Shown here: piece by piece, positions 39,237 through 48,771 of the stretch
How positions within the stretch are numbered: position 1 is the stretch's first letter
How the letters are laid out: each line of letters opens with the position of its first letter
From: Deltaproteobacteria bacterium
GTDB lineage: Bacteria > Myxococcota_A > UBA9160 > SMWR01
Direction of reading: 5' to 3'
Length of the DNA: 54,037 nt
Assembly: GCA_032128115.1 (NCBI GenBank)
Contig: JAQBHB010000102.1
Location: forward strand, 1-54,037
The notes under the pieces: generated by a model
The model's input: only the letters and a program-made list of their open reading frames with translations
Databases searched by the model: none
Told to the model about the DNA's origin: nothing
Made by a program: the position numbers and the translations under genes

Positions 39237-42065
39237 TCAGTCGGAAGCCTCGCGAGCTGCGGGCTCCCCCGCTTCCCGTTGACTCAGATCGAGGAAGCGA
39301 CGGTAGTAACGCGCCGACAGCGCGCTGCGGCCGCTGCGGGACAGCCGCTTCGACCAGAAGCCCGCCTCGTAGCGACCCATTTCCTCGGGTTCGGACAGCC
39401 GCCCGCGAGCGGGTCGCGACGGCGGGGAGTCGTCCTTCTGCGTCCGGGCCTCGAGCGCTCGGGCCGTGGGCTCCTTGGACGAGTCCGCGATGTACGAAAG
39501 CTCGCTCCAACGGATCGGTTCGCCCTGCTGCTCCCGGTAGCGGGCGTAGCGATCCAGCAGAACGTCGCTGGCTTCGATCTGGCCGTTGCGCAGCGGGTCG
39601 AGCCGTTGCACCAGATCGGCGCTCGTGCGCCGGAAGAAGTTGCGCGGTGCTGCGTGCTCCAGGCGCGGGTGGGCCACCGTATTGAGGGGGCCGGCGGGGA
39701 TGGCGCCCTGGAAGCGAGCTTCCGACACCGCGTGGTGGGCCAGCAGGCTCGCCAGGTTCGGGATGCCCACGCGGGCCAGGTCGTTGCGGATTGCGATTTC
39801 GTCGAAACGGTTCTCCATGGCGGCAAAGTCGGCGACCAGGGGCTCCGCCGAAGCCACTGCGATGATGTCGGCGTAGGTGGGGGAGCGGAACAGCCACACG
39901 TGGGGGAAGACGTTGGCCAGGGTGCGGAGCACGAGTTCGACGGTCTCGTTCGACTGCTCATACTGGTGGAACCACACGGTGGCCACGCCGCCCGGATTGA
40001 GCCGGCCTTGCACGCTTTCGAAGAACTCGCGTGTGAACAGGCCTCCCACCCCCGCGATCCACGGATTCGAGGGCTCCGAGATCACCACGTCGTACTTGCG
40101 CGGTGTGGTTCGCAGGAAGCCCAGCCCGTCATCCACGTACACGTGCACCCGGGGGTCCTCGAGGACCCGGTAGTTGAAGGGCGCAAATAGCGGATCGGCC
40201 TTCAGGACACCGTCGGAGATCTCCACGATGTCCAGGCGCTCGGCGCCGTGGAGCAGGGCGGATCCCGCCGTGATGCCGGACCCGAAGCCGATCACCAGCA
40301 GGGAGCGGGCATCCGGCAGGCTGAACAGGGGCGCATGGGCCAGGAAGAGCTGGGTGGTGAGGTCGCGATGGGTCGAGGCGTCGGGCTTGCCGTTGACGTA
40401 CAGCACCACCTGGTTGCCGTCGTCGTAGGCGAGCACCGTGGTGTGTGAGTCTTCCTCGAAGACGTAGGCGTTCGCCTTCTCCGGGTCGAGCAGGAATTTC
40501 TTCGTCCAGGCCTGGAAGCTCGAGGACGGGTGTTGCGCGCGGGTCTGCTCATCGGCATCGGCGGCGGGGCCGGTGGTCATCCGGAGATGGGCGTCGGCAA
40601 AGTTGATGGGTTCGGTCCAGCGGGTGCCGGCGGCGGCGTACATCACCCCCGCCAGGGCCGTGGCCATCCCCATGGCCAGCCGGAAGGCTGGCGCCACCTC
40701 GCGCGCCACCACCAGGATCGAGAGCCCCGCCAGCAGGTTGAGCGCCAGGTTGAAGTGGAAGGCGCCAAGCAGTCCCAGACTCGGGAGCAGCACCAGGGTC
40801 GTGAGGGATGCGCCGAGCACGTTGCCCACGGTGTTGAAGGCGTAGGTCGTTCCCACGCGCTGGCCGATGTCCCGGGGCTGGCGCGCCTGCACCTGGGCCA
40901 CCAGCGGGAAGCTCATGCCCAGGCACGTGGTGGGCACCAGCAGCACCATCAGGCACAGGGCGGCCTTGGCCAGCTGGTAGAGCTCGAATCCCCCCTGCTG
41001 CTGGATGAGCTCGATGCGCACGAGCCCGATCAGGTAGGGCAGACGCGCCACCAGCGGCGTGATCGCCACCAGCGCCACCGATACGGCGAGCTGGCTCAAC
41101 CCCAGCAGCCACAGGGGCCGGCGGACCCGGACTCGCGAGATGATGGCGCTTCCCAGCGCGATTCCCGTGATGAAGGCCATGAGCATCACGGTGAACGAGT
41201 AGGTGGAGGAGCCGAAGGCGAGCCCGATCACCCGGGTGAAGAGCACCTCGTAGCCCATGGCCGCGAATCCGCTGAGACCCAGGGCGATCAGAGTCACCAG
41301 GCTCTGGACGCGTCCGTAGCTCGAAGCCGCCGCTTCGGGCTCCGCTTCGGCGAGGAGTTTTGCCGCTTCTCGCGTCTCGCGCCGGGCGTGCTTCCAGACC
41401 AGTCCGGCGGCAGCCACGTTGAGGAGCGAGGCCAGCACCAGGGATCCGTGAACGCCGAGCCAGGGAAGGGTGGCGAAGCCCGCCACTCCGGCGCCCACCA
41501 CGGCGCCGAAGCTGTTGATTGCGTAGAGGCTTGCCACCTGATGGCGCGTTTCCTCCACGCGTCCGATCAGCGAGCGCGCGAGGATCGGAAGCGTACCGCC
41601 CATGAGCACGGCCGGCAGCAGTACCGCGAACACGGCCAGGCTGAATCGCAGCAGCAGCTTGAGTCCCGCCGACTCGAAGAACAGGGAACCCAGTGCCGCA
41701 TAGCCGAGCCCCAGGGCCCACAGCAGGAAGGGCAGCACCAGGCAGAAGCTCGCGATCGCGAGCTCGAGCACCACGTAGCTGCGAAGCGGTCGCCAGCCGC
41801 GATCGGCGCCGCGCCCCAGCACCACGGCGCCCAGGGCGAGTCCGCCCATGAACACGACCAGCACCGCGGTCTGGGCGTAGGCTGTGGCGCCGATCAGGCC
41901 CACCAGCAGCTTGGCCCAGACCACCTGGTGCATCAGGCCTGCAAATCCGCTGACCCAGAAGGCGGCGAGCACCGCTCGTCGCAGGCGCCGCTCGCTTTGC
42001 TGGCGGACGAGCCCCTTGGGGCGCCTCGGCTTCCTCGCGGCGCGGGGCTTCCTGGCTTTGGCCAC
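39237..42065 (-). CDS. Fused MFS-like membrane domain / spermidine synthase-like methyltransferase-fold protein
   Basis: About 13 TM segments with SGFAGLMHQVVW and LMGGTLP. C-terminal domain LYVNGKPDAS, LVIGFGSGIT, DIVEI, YDVVISEPSNPW. Confidence 0.9.
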   Translation of the reverse strand: MAKARKPRAARKPRRPKGLVRQQSERRLRRAVLAAFWVSGFAGLMHQVVWAKLLVGLIGATAYAQTAVLVVFMGGLALGAVVLGRGADRGWRPLRSYVVLELAIASFCLVLPFLLWALGLGYAALGSLFFESAGLKLLLRFSLAVFAVLLPAVLMGGTLPILARSLIGRVEETRHQVASLYAINSFGAVVGAGVAGFATLPWLGVHGSLVLASLLNVAAAGLVWKHARRETREAAKLLAEAEPEAAASSYGRVQSLVTLIALGLSGFAAMGYEVLFTRVIGLAFGSSTYSFTVMLMAFITGIALGSAIISRVRVRRPLWLLGLSQLAVSVALVAITPLVARLPYLIGLVRIELIQQQGGFELYQLAKAALCLMVLLVPTTCLGMSFPLVAQVQARQPRDIGQRVGTTYAFNTVGNVLGASLTTLVLLPSLGLLGAFHFNLALNLLAGLSILVVAREVAPAFRLAMGMATALAGVMYAAAGTRWTEPINFADAHLRMTTGPAADADEQTRAQHPSSSFQAWTKKFLLDPEKANAYVFEEDSHTTVLAYDDGNQVVLYVNGKPDASTHRDLTTQLFLAHAPLFSLPDARSLLVIGFGSGITAGSALLHGAERLDIVEISDGVLKADPLFAPFNYRVLEDPRVHVYVDDGLGFLRTTPRKYDVVISEPSNPWIAGVGGLFTREFFESVQGRLNPGGVATVWFHQYEQSNETVELVLRTLANVFPHVWLFRSPTYADIIAVASAEPLVADFAAMENRFDEIAIRNDLARVGIPNLASLLAHHAVSEARFQGAIPAGPLNTVAHPRLEHAAPRNFFRRTSADLVQRLDPLRNGQIEASDVLLDRYARYREQQGEPIRWSELSYIADSSKEPTARALEARTQKDDSPPSRPARGRLSEPEEMGRYEAGFWSKRLSRSGRSALSARYYRRFLDLSQREAGEPAAREASD

Positions 42066-42192
42066 TCGTTGCTTCCTGCGCCAGCCGGGGAAGTCGGGGG
42101 CAGGGGCGTCCCGGCGCGCTCAGCGTAGACGAGCGGAGGGGGCGCTGCTGGGGCAGGGGGTGGACTCGCGCGTCCGGCGGGCACCCGATCGC

Positions 42193-42225
42193 GCCGGCCG
42201 GGCCCTTCACGGGGCCCCGGCCGGC
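42193..42225. terminator. GC-rich hairpin downstream of the small lipoprotein gene (terminator-like, no U-tract)
   Basis: GCCGGCCGGGCCC-TTCACG-GGGC(C)CCGGCCGGC: 13-bp stem with one bulge. Confidence 0.4.
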
Positions 42226-42249
42226 ACGGCGGGTTTCGAACCCTAGCCG

Positions 42250-42435
42250 TCAGCCCTCGTCGTCTTCTTCGACGAACTCATCGATCCCGACGGCATCGGG
42301 CGGAGCGGCGTCGACGGCAGTGGCGTCCTCATCGGATCTGCTCTCGTAGCCCGAGCCGCAGGCGCTCCCGAATACGAGACCCGATGCGAGTGCCAGCGTG
42401 GCCATCGCTCTCTCGATCCTCATGACGCGTGTCAT
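42250..42435 (-). CDS. Small acidic lipoprotein (61 aa)
   Basis: Purine-rich RBS, leader ending GSAC, acidic low-complexity tail. Confidence 0.55.
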   Translation of the reverse strand: MTRVMRIERAMATLALASGLVFGSACGSGYESRSDEDATAVDAAPPDAVGIDEFVEEDDEG

Positions 42436-42558
42436 GATTCTCCCCCTCTCTCGCGAATGGCGAGAGGGACGAGTGTTCCAGCCCGCCTCTGTGTCAACTG
42501 TGATGGAGGTCACGTCGAGTGGGAATCAAACGGTGTTCGCCATCCCGTTCGCCGGTCT

Positions 42559-43182
42559 TCAGGGCGATGAGACACCGAAGATCGCGAAGTGCTGGCGATC
42601 GATGAAGTCGAAGGTTCCCTGCAGCTCGTAGCCCGCCGTGGTCATCTCCGACGTGATCGTCTCGAGGGGCGTGTGGTGTCCGAACCAACGCGGAAACCAT
42701 CCGCTGTCATTGAGCTCGAGGATCGCGATTCGGCCGCCGGGGGCCAGGTCGGCCCGCACGCGGCGAAAGTACGCAACCCGATCCTGGATATGGTGATAGG
42801 TATTGCTGGTGAAGAGCAGGTCGATCGCGCCGTCGGGAAGCAGCGGGTCTTCGTACTCGCCCAGGATCACCCGGACGTTGTCCCAGTCTTCGTCGTTCGC
42901 GCGCGCGGTCAGGTAGTCCGTCATGGTCTCGTCTACGTCGACGGCGTACACGCGACCCCCGGGGCCCACCGCCTCCGCCAGACGGAACGTGAAGTACCCG
43001 CCGCCGGCGCCCAGATCCGCCACCCGGGCGCCCGGCGGGATCTCGAGCGTCTCCAGAACGCGATCGGGTTGCTGCCACGAATCGCGATCGAAGCCCGCGT
43101 AGGCGAATCGCTTGATGTCCGAGCAACCGACGGCCACCAGGGCCGCCAGGAAACATGCGGCTGCGAGTCGTTGCCCGGCCAC
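42559..43182 (-). CDS. Class I SAM-dependent methyltransferase with lipoprotein-like leader
   Basis: RDSWQQPDRV, VADLGAGGGYF, GRVYAVDV, TYHHI, LAPGGRI. N-terminal AVGC. Confidence 0.88.
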   Translation of the reverse strand: MAGQRLAAACFLAALVAVGCSDIKRFAYAGFDRDSWQQPDRVLETLEIPPGARVADLGAGGGYFTFRLAEAVGPGGRVYAVDVDETMTDYLTARANDEDWDNVRVILGEYEDPLLPDGAIDLLFTSNTYHHIQDRVAYFRRVRADLAPGGRIAILELNDSGWFPRWFGHHTPLETITSEMTTAGYELQGTFDFIDRQHFAIFGVSSP

Positions 43183-43184
43183 GA

Positions 43185-44597
43185 CTAGGCGAACCGCTTG
43201 AGCAGCGCGGTCTTGAGCTTGCTGTACGGGGGGTAGGCGAACCTGGGGTCGAAGCGGGTGCCCCGGCTCACCACGCCCTTGCGATGGCTGAAGGTCTCGA
43301 AGCTGGCGCGCCCGTGATACGCACCCATCCCGCTGGGGCCGACGCCGCCGAACGGAACCAGGGGGTTGGCGATGTGCCACAGGGTGGCGTTCACACACAC
43401 GCCTCCGGAGCTGGTGCTCGCGATGACATGCTCCTCCACCTTCCGGTCGCCGGTGAAGACGTAGAGCGCCAGCGGCTTCGGGCGGGCGTTCACGAACTCG
43501 ATGGCCGAATCCACGTCTTCGACGGTCAGCACCGGCAGGATCGGCCCGAAGATCTCCTCGCTCATGATCTCCGAGTCGGGCGCCACGTTGCGCAGGATGG
43601 TGGGAGCCACGAAGCGTTCCGAGGCGTCGCATTCGCCCCCCACCACCACGTCCCCGTCCTTGATCAAGGCGGCGAGGCGTTGGTAGTGGCCGTCGCTGGC
43701 GATGCGCGCCAGGTCGGGGCTGCGCCGGGGATCGTCTCCGTAGAACTCGCGGAGGCAGCGAGCCAGGGCGTCGAGCAGGGCCTGCTCCTGGGGCTTCTTC
43801 ACAAGCACGTAGTCCGGTGCGATGCAGGTCTGGCCCGCGTTCAGGAACTTTCCCCAGGCGATGCGGCGCGCGGCCAGGTCCAGGTCCACCTTCTCGTCCA
43901 CGATGCACGGGCTCTTGCCGCCGAGTTCGAGGGTTACGGGCGTCAGGTGTTTGGCCGCCGCCTCCAGCACGATGCGAGCCACCCGGCCGTTGCCCGTGTA
44001 GAAGATGTGGTCGAAGCGCTCGGCGAGCAGTGCGGAGGTTTCGGCCACGGCACCCTCGACCAGCGCCACCGCCTCCGGGTCGAGATAGCGCGGCACCAGC
44101 TTCGCGAGCGCTGCCGACGTGTGGGCGGTGATCTCCGACGGCTTGAGCACGGCGCAGTTGCCTGCGGCCAGCGCCCCCACCAGCGGCCCCAGCAGCAGCT
44201 GCAGCGGGTAGTTCCACGGCGCGATGATCAGGGCCACGCCCAGGGGCTCCCGCACGATGCGGGTTCGCGACGGCTGCAGGTGGATCGGCGTGCTGATCTT
44301 TTCCGGTCGCGTCCACTTCGTCAGGTTCTTGAGCGCCAGCTTCGCCTCGGCCGACACCGTGGAGACATCGGCGGCCCAGGCTTCCAGGGTCGGCTTGCGG
44401 AGGTCGGCCTGCAGGGCCGCCACCAGCTCGTCGCCGTTCTCGCTCATCAGGGCCACCAGCCGCTGCAGCTGCTCCCTCCGCCATTCGAGCGGACGGGTGC
44501 GGCCCGCGTCGAAGCCGCGGCGCAGGCGAGCCACGATTCCGGGAATGCTCGCCAGGTCGGTCTCGGGTGTGGGGGCCGATTCGATCTGCGGAGTCAT
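43185..44597 (-). CDS. Aldehyde dehydrogenase (ALDH3/fatty or coniferyl aldehyde type)
   Basis: PWNYP, LKPSE, FYTGNG, LELGGKSP, NAGQTCIAPDY, EEIFGPILP, PFGGVGPSGMGAYHG. Confidence 0.95.
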   Translation of the reverse strand: MTPQIESAPTPETDLASIPGIVARLRRGFDAGRTRPLEWRREQLQRLVALMSENGDELVAALQADLRKPTLEAWAADVSTVSAEAKLALKNLTKWTRPEKISTPIHLQPSRTRIVREPLGVALIIAPWNYPLQLLLGPLVGALAAGNCAVLKPSEITAHTSAALAKLVPRYLDPEAVALVEGAVAETSALLAERFDHIFYTGNGRVARIVLEAAAKHLTPVTLELGGKSPCIVDEKVDLDLAARRIAWGKFLNAGQTCIAPDYVLVKKPQEQALLDALARCLREFYGDDPRRSPDLARIASDGHYQRLAALIKDGDVVVGGECDASERFVAPTILRNVAPDSEIMSEEIFGPILPVLTVEDVDSAIEFVNARPKPLALYVFTGDRKVEEHVIASTSSGGVCVNATLWHIANPLVPFGGVGPSGMGAYHGRASFETFSHRKGVVSRGTRFDPRFAYPPYSKLKTALLKRFA

Positions 44598-44696
44598 GGG
44601 AGCTCCTCGAAGGGGTGTGTCGAACAGGATAGCGCCGATGGGAGCCCCGGATCCAAAGCGCCTCAGGGGGACTTCGGGGGGTATCATGGCAGCGAG

Positions 44697-45368
44697 ATGG
44701 CTCGAACCTGGCACACGATCGCGCTGCTCGCGCCGTTTCTCCTCCCGATTGCGGTCGAGCCGCCGGGCGCCCGCGCCCAGTTCCACGACGAGATACCTCT
44801 CGCGGATGTGCTGGAGGTGCTGGTGCTCGATCGCCACCTGGTGGCCATCGACGCCGAGGGGGGCGGCCAGACGGCCGTGAAACTGCGACTGAATGAAAAC
44901 GTGTTGTGGACCGGGAGCCGCGGCAAGGTGGGCGTCGGCATCACCGATCAGCGCCTGCTGGCCGTCGCCACCCGCTCCGCCGCCTGGCAGGAAGCCGACT
45001 ACCAACTCACCGAATCGCCACCGGCATCGGCGCTGTTGGGCGACCGGGTGGCCCTGGTGACCACGGCGCGCCGGGCCATCGGCTTCGACGGGGGCAGCGG
45101 CAACCTGGTGGAGACGCCGCTGGGTCTGCGCGAGACGGTGTTGGCGAAACGGGTGGGCGAGAACGCGGCGGTGGTGGTGACCGATCGCCGCGCCCTGGGA
45201 CTGTCGCCCACGGCCGGCGGCTTCTTTCCCGTGGATCTGCAGCTCACCGAGAAGATCGAGTCGGTTCAGGCCAGCGCCAACTTCGTCACCATCACCAGCG
45301 ACCGCCGCGTCCTGATCTTCCGCTCTCCCACCGGCACCTGGGAAGAGCGCCTCCGCACGCTCCGCTAG
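44697..45368 (+). CDS. Exported hypothetical protein with ~39-aa internal repeats
   Basis: Signal peptide ending ARA. Four repeats of L..E.......g..v.vvtTdrRal.f....g.w/f. Confidence 0.7.
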   Translation: MARTWHTIALLAPFLLPIAVEPPGARAQFHDEIPLADVLEVLVLDRHLVAIDAEGGGQTAVKLRLNENVLWTGSRGKVGVGITDQRLLAVATRSAAWQEADYQLTESPPASALLGDRVALVTTARRAIGFDGGSGNLVETPLGLRETVLAKRVGENAAVVVTDRRALGLSPTAGGFFPVDLQLTEKIESVQASANFVTITSDRRVLIFRSPTGTWEERLRTLR

Positions 45369-45386
45369 GCGAGCTGTTCTCCGGCA

Positions 45387-47447
45387 TCAGAAGATCCCGA
45401 ACAGGCTGTCCCGGCTTCCGCGGTAACCTTGGATCAGGGAGACGATTTCGTCGTGGTGGCTTCGCTGCGCCAGCTGCACCGCTGTCTCGCCGCGCTCGTT
45501 GCGAATGTTCACGCGAGCCCCGTGATCGAGCAGCAGCCGTACAACCTCCGCGTGGCCAGCCTTTGCGGCCAGCATGAGCGCTGTTTGACGTTGGGGTCCC
45601 AGGCTGTCGCCGGCCGCTCCCAGACGCAGGAGTGTGGCGACGGCCCCGACCTGGCCGCGATCGGAGGCGAGCATCAGCGGCGTGTTCCCTGACGAAGTTG
45701 TCCCATCGACCGGTGCGCCACTGCCCACGAGGACCTCGATGCGCGCCGACGCGCCCTGGGAGGCGGCCCGGGAGAGAACGGTCTGGCCGTCCGAGCACCG
45801 GGTGCCCGGGGCGGCGCCGTGCTCTAGAAGAAGTCGTGGGATTTCTGGATCGTCCACCTCGGGCATGCGGCAGATCGGTGGGCCCGCGTCTTCGCCGTTC
45901 GCACCGGCGTTCGCGCCCCGGGCGAGCAGAAATTGCACCCCTTCCAGGTTTCCACTCGTGACTGCCCAGGAAAGAGCTGTCGATCCGTCTCCCTGACTCT
46001 GGTTGACCTTCGCGCCGCCGTCCAGAAGGCTCTTGAGAACCGACTCGTGCGTTCCGGCCGCCGCCCACATCAGGCTCGTCATTCCGTCGATAGCTGCGGC
46101 GTTGGGGTCGGAACCCGCCGCAACCAGGGCTTCTACGGTCGCCTCGTTGTGGTGGCGGGTGGCGCAGAGCAGCGGAGTCTCTCCGTTCTTCTGTCTCGTG
46201 CCGACGTTCGCGCCGGCTGCGAGTAGAAGCTCGACGACTCGGGTGTGTCCCTTGCAGGCGGCGCGCGAGAGCGCAGAGTGGCCCTCTCCGTCCGTTTCGT
46301 CCACGTCTGTGCCTCGAGCGAGAAGCCTCTCCACGACGTCCGCATGGCCGTCCCACGCCGCGATCATGAGAGCGCTCCAGCCCTCGTAGGCCATCGTATC
46401 GCTCGCATCCTGGATGCCGGTGAGATCGGAGCGACTGCGACTCAGCCACGCGGCCTGTTCGCTCGCGGCGTCCAATTCGGCCGCAGGGAGCGCGGCGCCC
46501 GCGGTTCTCAAGGCAAGCACCATGTCGTCATGGCCGGCAAGCTCCGCAATTCGCATGGCGCTGCGCCCGCTCTCGTCGATCGCGTCGACGTTGCTACCGG
46601 CCGCAATCAGGAGACGGGCAACGGCCACGTGTCCCATTCGAGCGGCGACCAGCAGGGGGGTATTCCCGAACGGGTCTCTCGTGTCCACATCGGCGCCGGC
46701 CTTCACGAGCATCGAGGCAATCTCGACGTTTCCACTCCGCACCGCGATCAGGAGGGGCGTCTCGCCGGTCGGATCGGAAGCGTTCGGATCGGGGCTGCCC
46801 AACAGGACTCCCCGGACGACGCCGGGATGCCCCCGAAGGGCGGCTTCCATCAGGACGGTCCGACCTGCGTCGTCCCGGTCATCTACGTTCGCTCCGGCGG
46901 CGATCGACGCCTGGATCGCGTCGAGATTGCCGACCTCGACGGACCGGCGAAGGTCCGCGGTCGGATTTCCGCCCTGGAGATTCAGTCGGGCCGGTGCCGT
47001 TGAGCCGAGCGAAGACTCGTTCTCCGCAATCTCTGTCAGTCTTGTTCCCGCAACGACGTGGCCTCGCTCGGCAGCGCGGCGAAACCAGTACACCGCCTCA
47101 TCTCCGTTCGGGGCGACTCCCCACCCATTCTGGTACATCACTCCCAGATTGTACTGGGCGCCCGGGTGACCCCTCAACGCCGCTTCCCGGAACCAGTGGG
47201 CTGCCAGTTCGTGATCCTTGGGAACTCCACGGCCGGTGCGATGAAGCGCCGCCAGGTGATATTGGGCGACAGGATGACCCTCACGCGCAAGCGCCGTCCA
47301 GATCGCCGCGGCTTTTTCGAAGTCGTGAGTCCGCACGGCGAGTTCAGCGTCGGCGAAGGCGTCTGCGCCAGCATCGGCGGCCTGGAGCAGGAGAACCATC
47401 AGGCTCCCGATCCATCGACTCGATTTCCTGAAACTAGACAGTCCCAT
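45387..47447 (-). CDS. Exported Sel1-repeat plus ankyrin-repeat protein
   Basis: Signal-like leader, Sel1 repeats (AQYHLA...A..WFREAA; AQYNLGVMY..G.GV...WFRRAA), about 15 ankyrin repeats (GETPLL.A, GNTPLL.AA and others). Confidence 0.9.
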   Translation of the reverse strand: MGLSSFRKSSRWIGSLMVLLLQAADAGADAFADAELAVRTHDFEKAAAIWTALAREGHPVAQYHLAALHRTGRGVPKDHELAAHWFREAALRGHPGAQYNLGVMYQNGWGVAPNGDEAVYWFRRAAERGHVVAGTRLTEIAENESSLGSTAPARLNLQGGNPTADLRRSVEVGNLDAIQASIAAGANVDDRDDAGRTVLMEAALRGHPGVVRGVLLGSPDPNASDPTGETPLLIAVRSGNVEIASMLVKAGADVDTRDPFGNTPLLVAARMGHVAVARLLIAAGSNVDAIDESGRSAMRIAELAGHDDMVLALRTAGAALPAAELDAASEQAAWLSRSRSDLTGIQDASDTMAYEGWSALMIAAWDGHADVVERLLARGTDVDETDGEGHSALSRAACKGHTRVVELLLAAGANVGTRQKNGETPLLCATRHHNEATVEALVAAGSDPNAAAIDGMTSLMWAAAGTHESVLKSLLDGGAKVNQSQGDGSTALSWAVTSGNLEGVQFLLARGANAGANGEDAGPPICRMPEVDDPEIPRLLLEHGAAPGTRCSDGQTVLSRAASQGASARIEVLVGSGAPVDGTTSSGNTPLMLASDRGQVGAVATLLRLGAAGDSLGPQRQTALMLAAKAGHAEVVRLLLDHGARVNIRNERGETAVQLAQRSHHDEIVSLIQGYRGSRDSLFGIF

Positions 47448-48735
47448 ATTTCGTCTCGATCTCGATGCCGATGGACTCGAGAAAGGCCGTCGGAAGAACC
47501 CCTCCCACACAGACGATCACGGAGTCATTGTCGATCCATTCGGATCCATTGGCGGATTCGATGCAGAGCCGGGAAGGTTCGATTGCTGTGACGTTCGATT
47601 CGAACAGGACGCGAAGGCGGCCGGCCCCTGCCTCTGCCTCCACTCGGTCGCGATTCTTTTGTTTCGCCCGATTGAAGGAGCTTCCGCGATACGAGAGCGC
47701 GACCTCCGTTTCCGGCTCCCCGGCGATTGCCGCGGCGGCCTCGAGAGCGCTGTCACCTCCTCCGACCACTACGACCCGCTGGCCCTGATATTGGGCGGGG
47801 TCGATCATCCGATACACGACCTTGCATAGGTCCTCACCGGGCACTCCGAGCTTCCGTGGGGTTCCGCGGCGCCCGATGGTCAACACAACGGCCCGGGTCC
47901 GGTACACCCCACCGGAGCTCTGGACATCGAATCCCCCGTGTCTGCGTTGGATCCCCTCGACGCGCTCCCGGTACCGGATCGGTACCTTCGTCTTCCGTTC
48001 TACGTCCTCCCAGAACGCCAGGAGCGCTTCCTTCGTGGTCTCGCGCAACTTGACCTTCCCGCAAAGGGGGAGATCGACGGGTGCCGTCATCACGATCTTG
48101 CCACGTGGATAGTGTGCGACCGTTCCACCGAGGGTCTCCTGCTCGAGCGTGACGAAGCGGAGATCATGCTGCATTGCAGCGAGCGACGCGGAAAATCCCG
48201 CCGGCCCCGCACCCACGATGACGACATCCAGGTCGGGTCCCTCCGCGATGCCATCGAGTCTCCGAACGGACTCGATCGCCTGCCGGCCCTGTTCGATGGC
48301 GTTTCGAATCAAACCCATACCGCCAAGCTCGCCGGCGACGAACATGCCCGCGAGGTTGGTCTGGAATTCCGGGTCTACCGAAGGGATGTCCACCCCGCGG
48401 GTCTCGGTGCCAAGCACGAGTGTGATTGCCTCGAAGGGGCAGGAGGTCTTGCACGCACCGTGGCCGATGCAGTTGGCAGGGGTCAGCAGTTCTGCCCTCC
48501 CGTCGATGAGTCCGAGCACGTTCTTCTCGGGACATGCCGTCACACATGCGCCGCAACCGAGGCATCGGCTCGCGTCGATCAGCGGATGCAGGGATGCCGG
48601 CTCCATCAGGCCATCGCTCATGGCCCGAGCCTGCACCTCTCGGCTGCGACGGTGTCGCCCGGCGCGCACAGCGGCGTACGAGGCCCAGGTCAGGCCGAGC
48701 ACACCGAGATAAAGCAGGATTGCGAGATCATTCAT
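47434..48735 (-). CDS. Membrane-anchored 4Fe-4S dicluster ferredoxin fused to an FAD/NAD(P)-dependent TrxR-like oxidoreductase
   Basis: N-terminal TM helix, CLGCGACVTACP and CIGHGACKTSCP, GAGPAG, IGRRG.PRKL, GGGDSALE, SYR. Confidence 0.88.
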   Translation of the reverse strand: MNDLAILLYLGVLGLTWASYAAVRAGRHRRSREVQARAMSDGLMEPASLHPLIDASRCLGCGACVTACPEKNVLGLIDGRAELLTPANCIGHGACKTSCPFEAITLVLGTETRGVDIPSVDPEFQTNLAGMFVAGELGGMGLIRNAIEQGRQAIESVRRLDGIAEGPDLDVVIVGAGPAGFSASLAAMQHDLRFVTLEQETLGGTVAHYPRGKIVMTAPVDLPLCGKVKLRETTKEALLAFWEDVERKTKVPIRYRERVEGIQRRHGGFDVQSSGGVYRTRAVVLTIGRRGTPRKLGVPGEDLCKVVYRMIDPAQYQGQRVVVVGGGDSALEAAAAIAGEPETEVALSYRGSSFNRAKQKNRDRVEAEAGAGRLRVLFESNVTAIEPSRLCIESANGSEWIDNDSVIVCVGGVLPTAFLESIGIEIETKYGTV

Positions 48736-48771
48736 CGCAGGCGCTCGAGTTTGCGCAAGGACCCGCGGGCA

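Noticed and set aside
42227..42249. GGGTTCGAAACCC on the minus strand resembling a tRNA T-arm
   Set aside because: No acceptor stem, D-arm or anticodon arm can be built. It is only a hairpin next to a stop codon.
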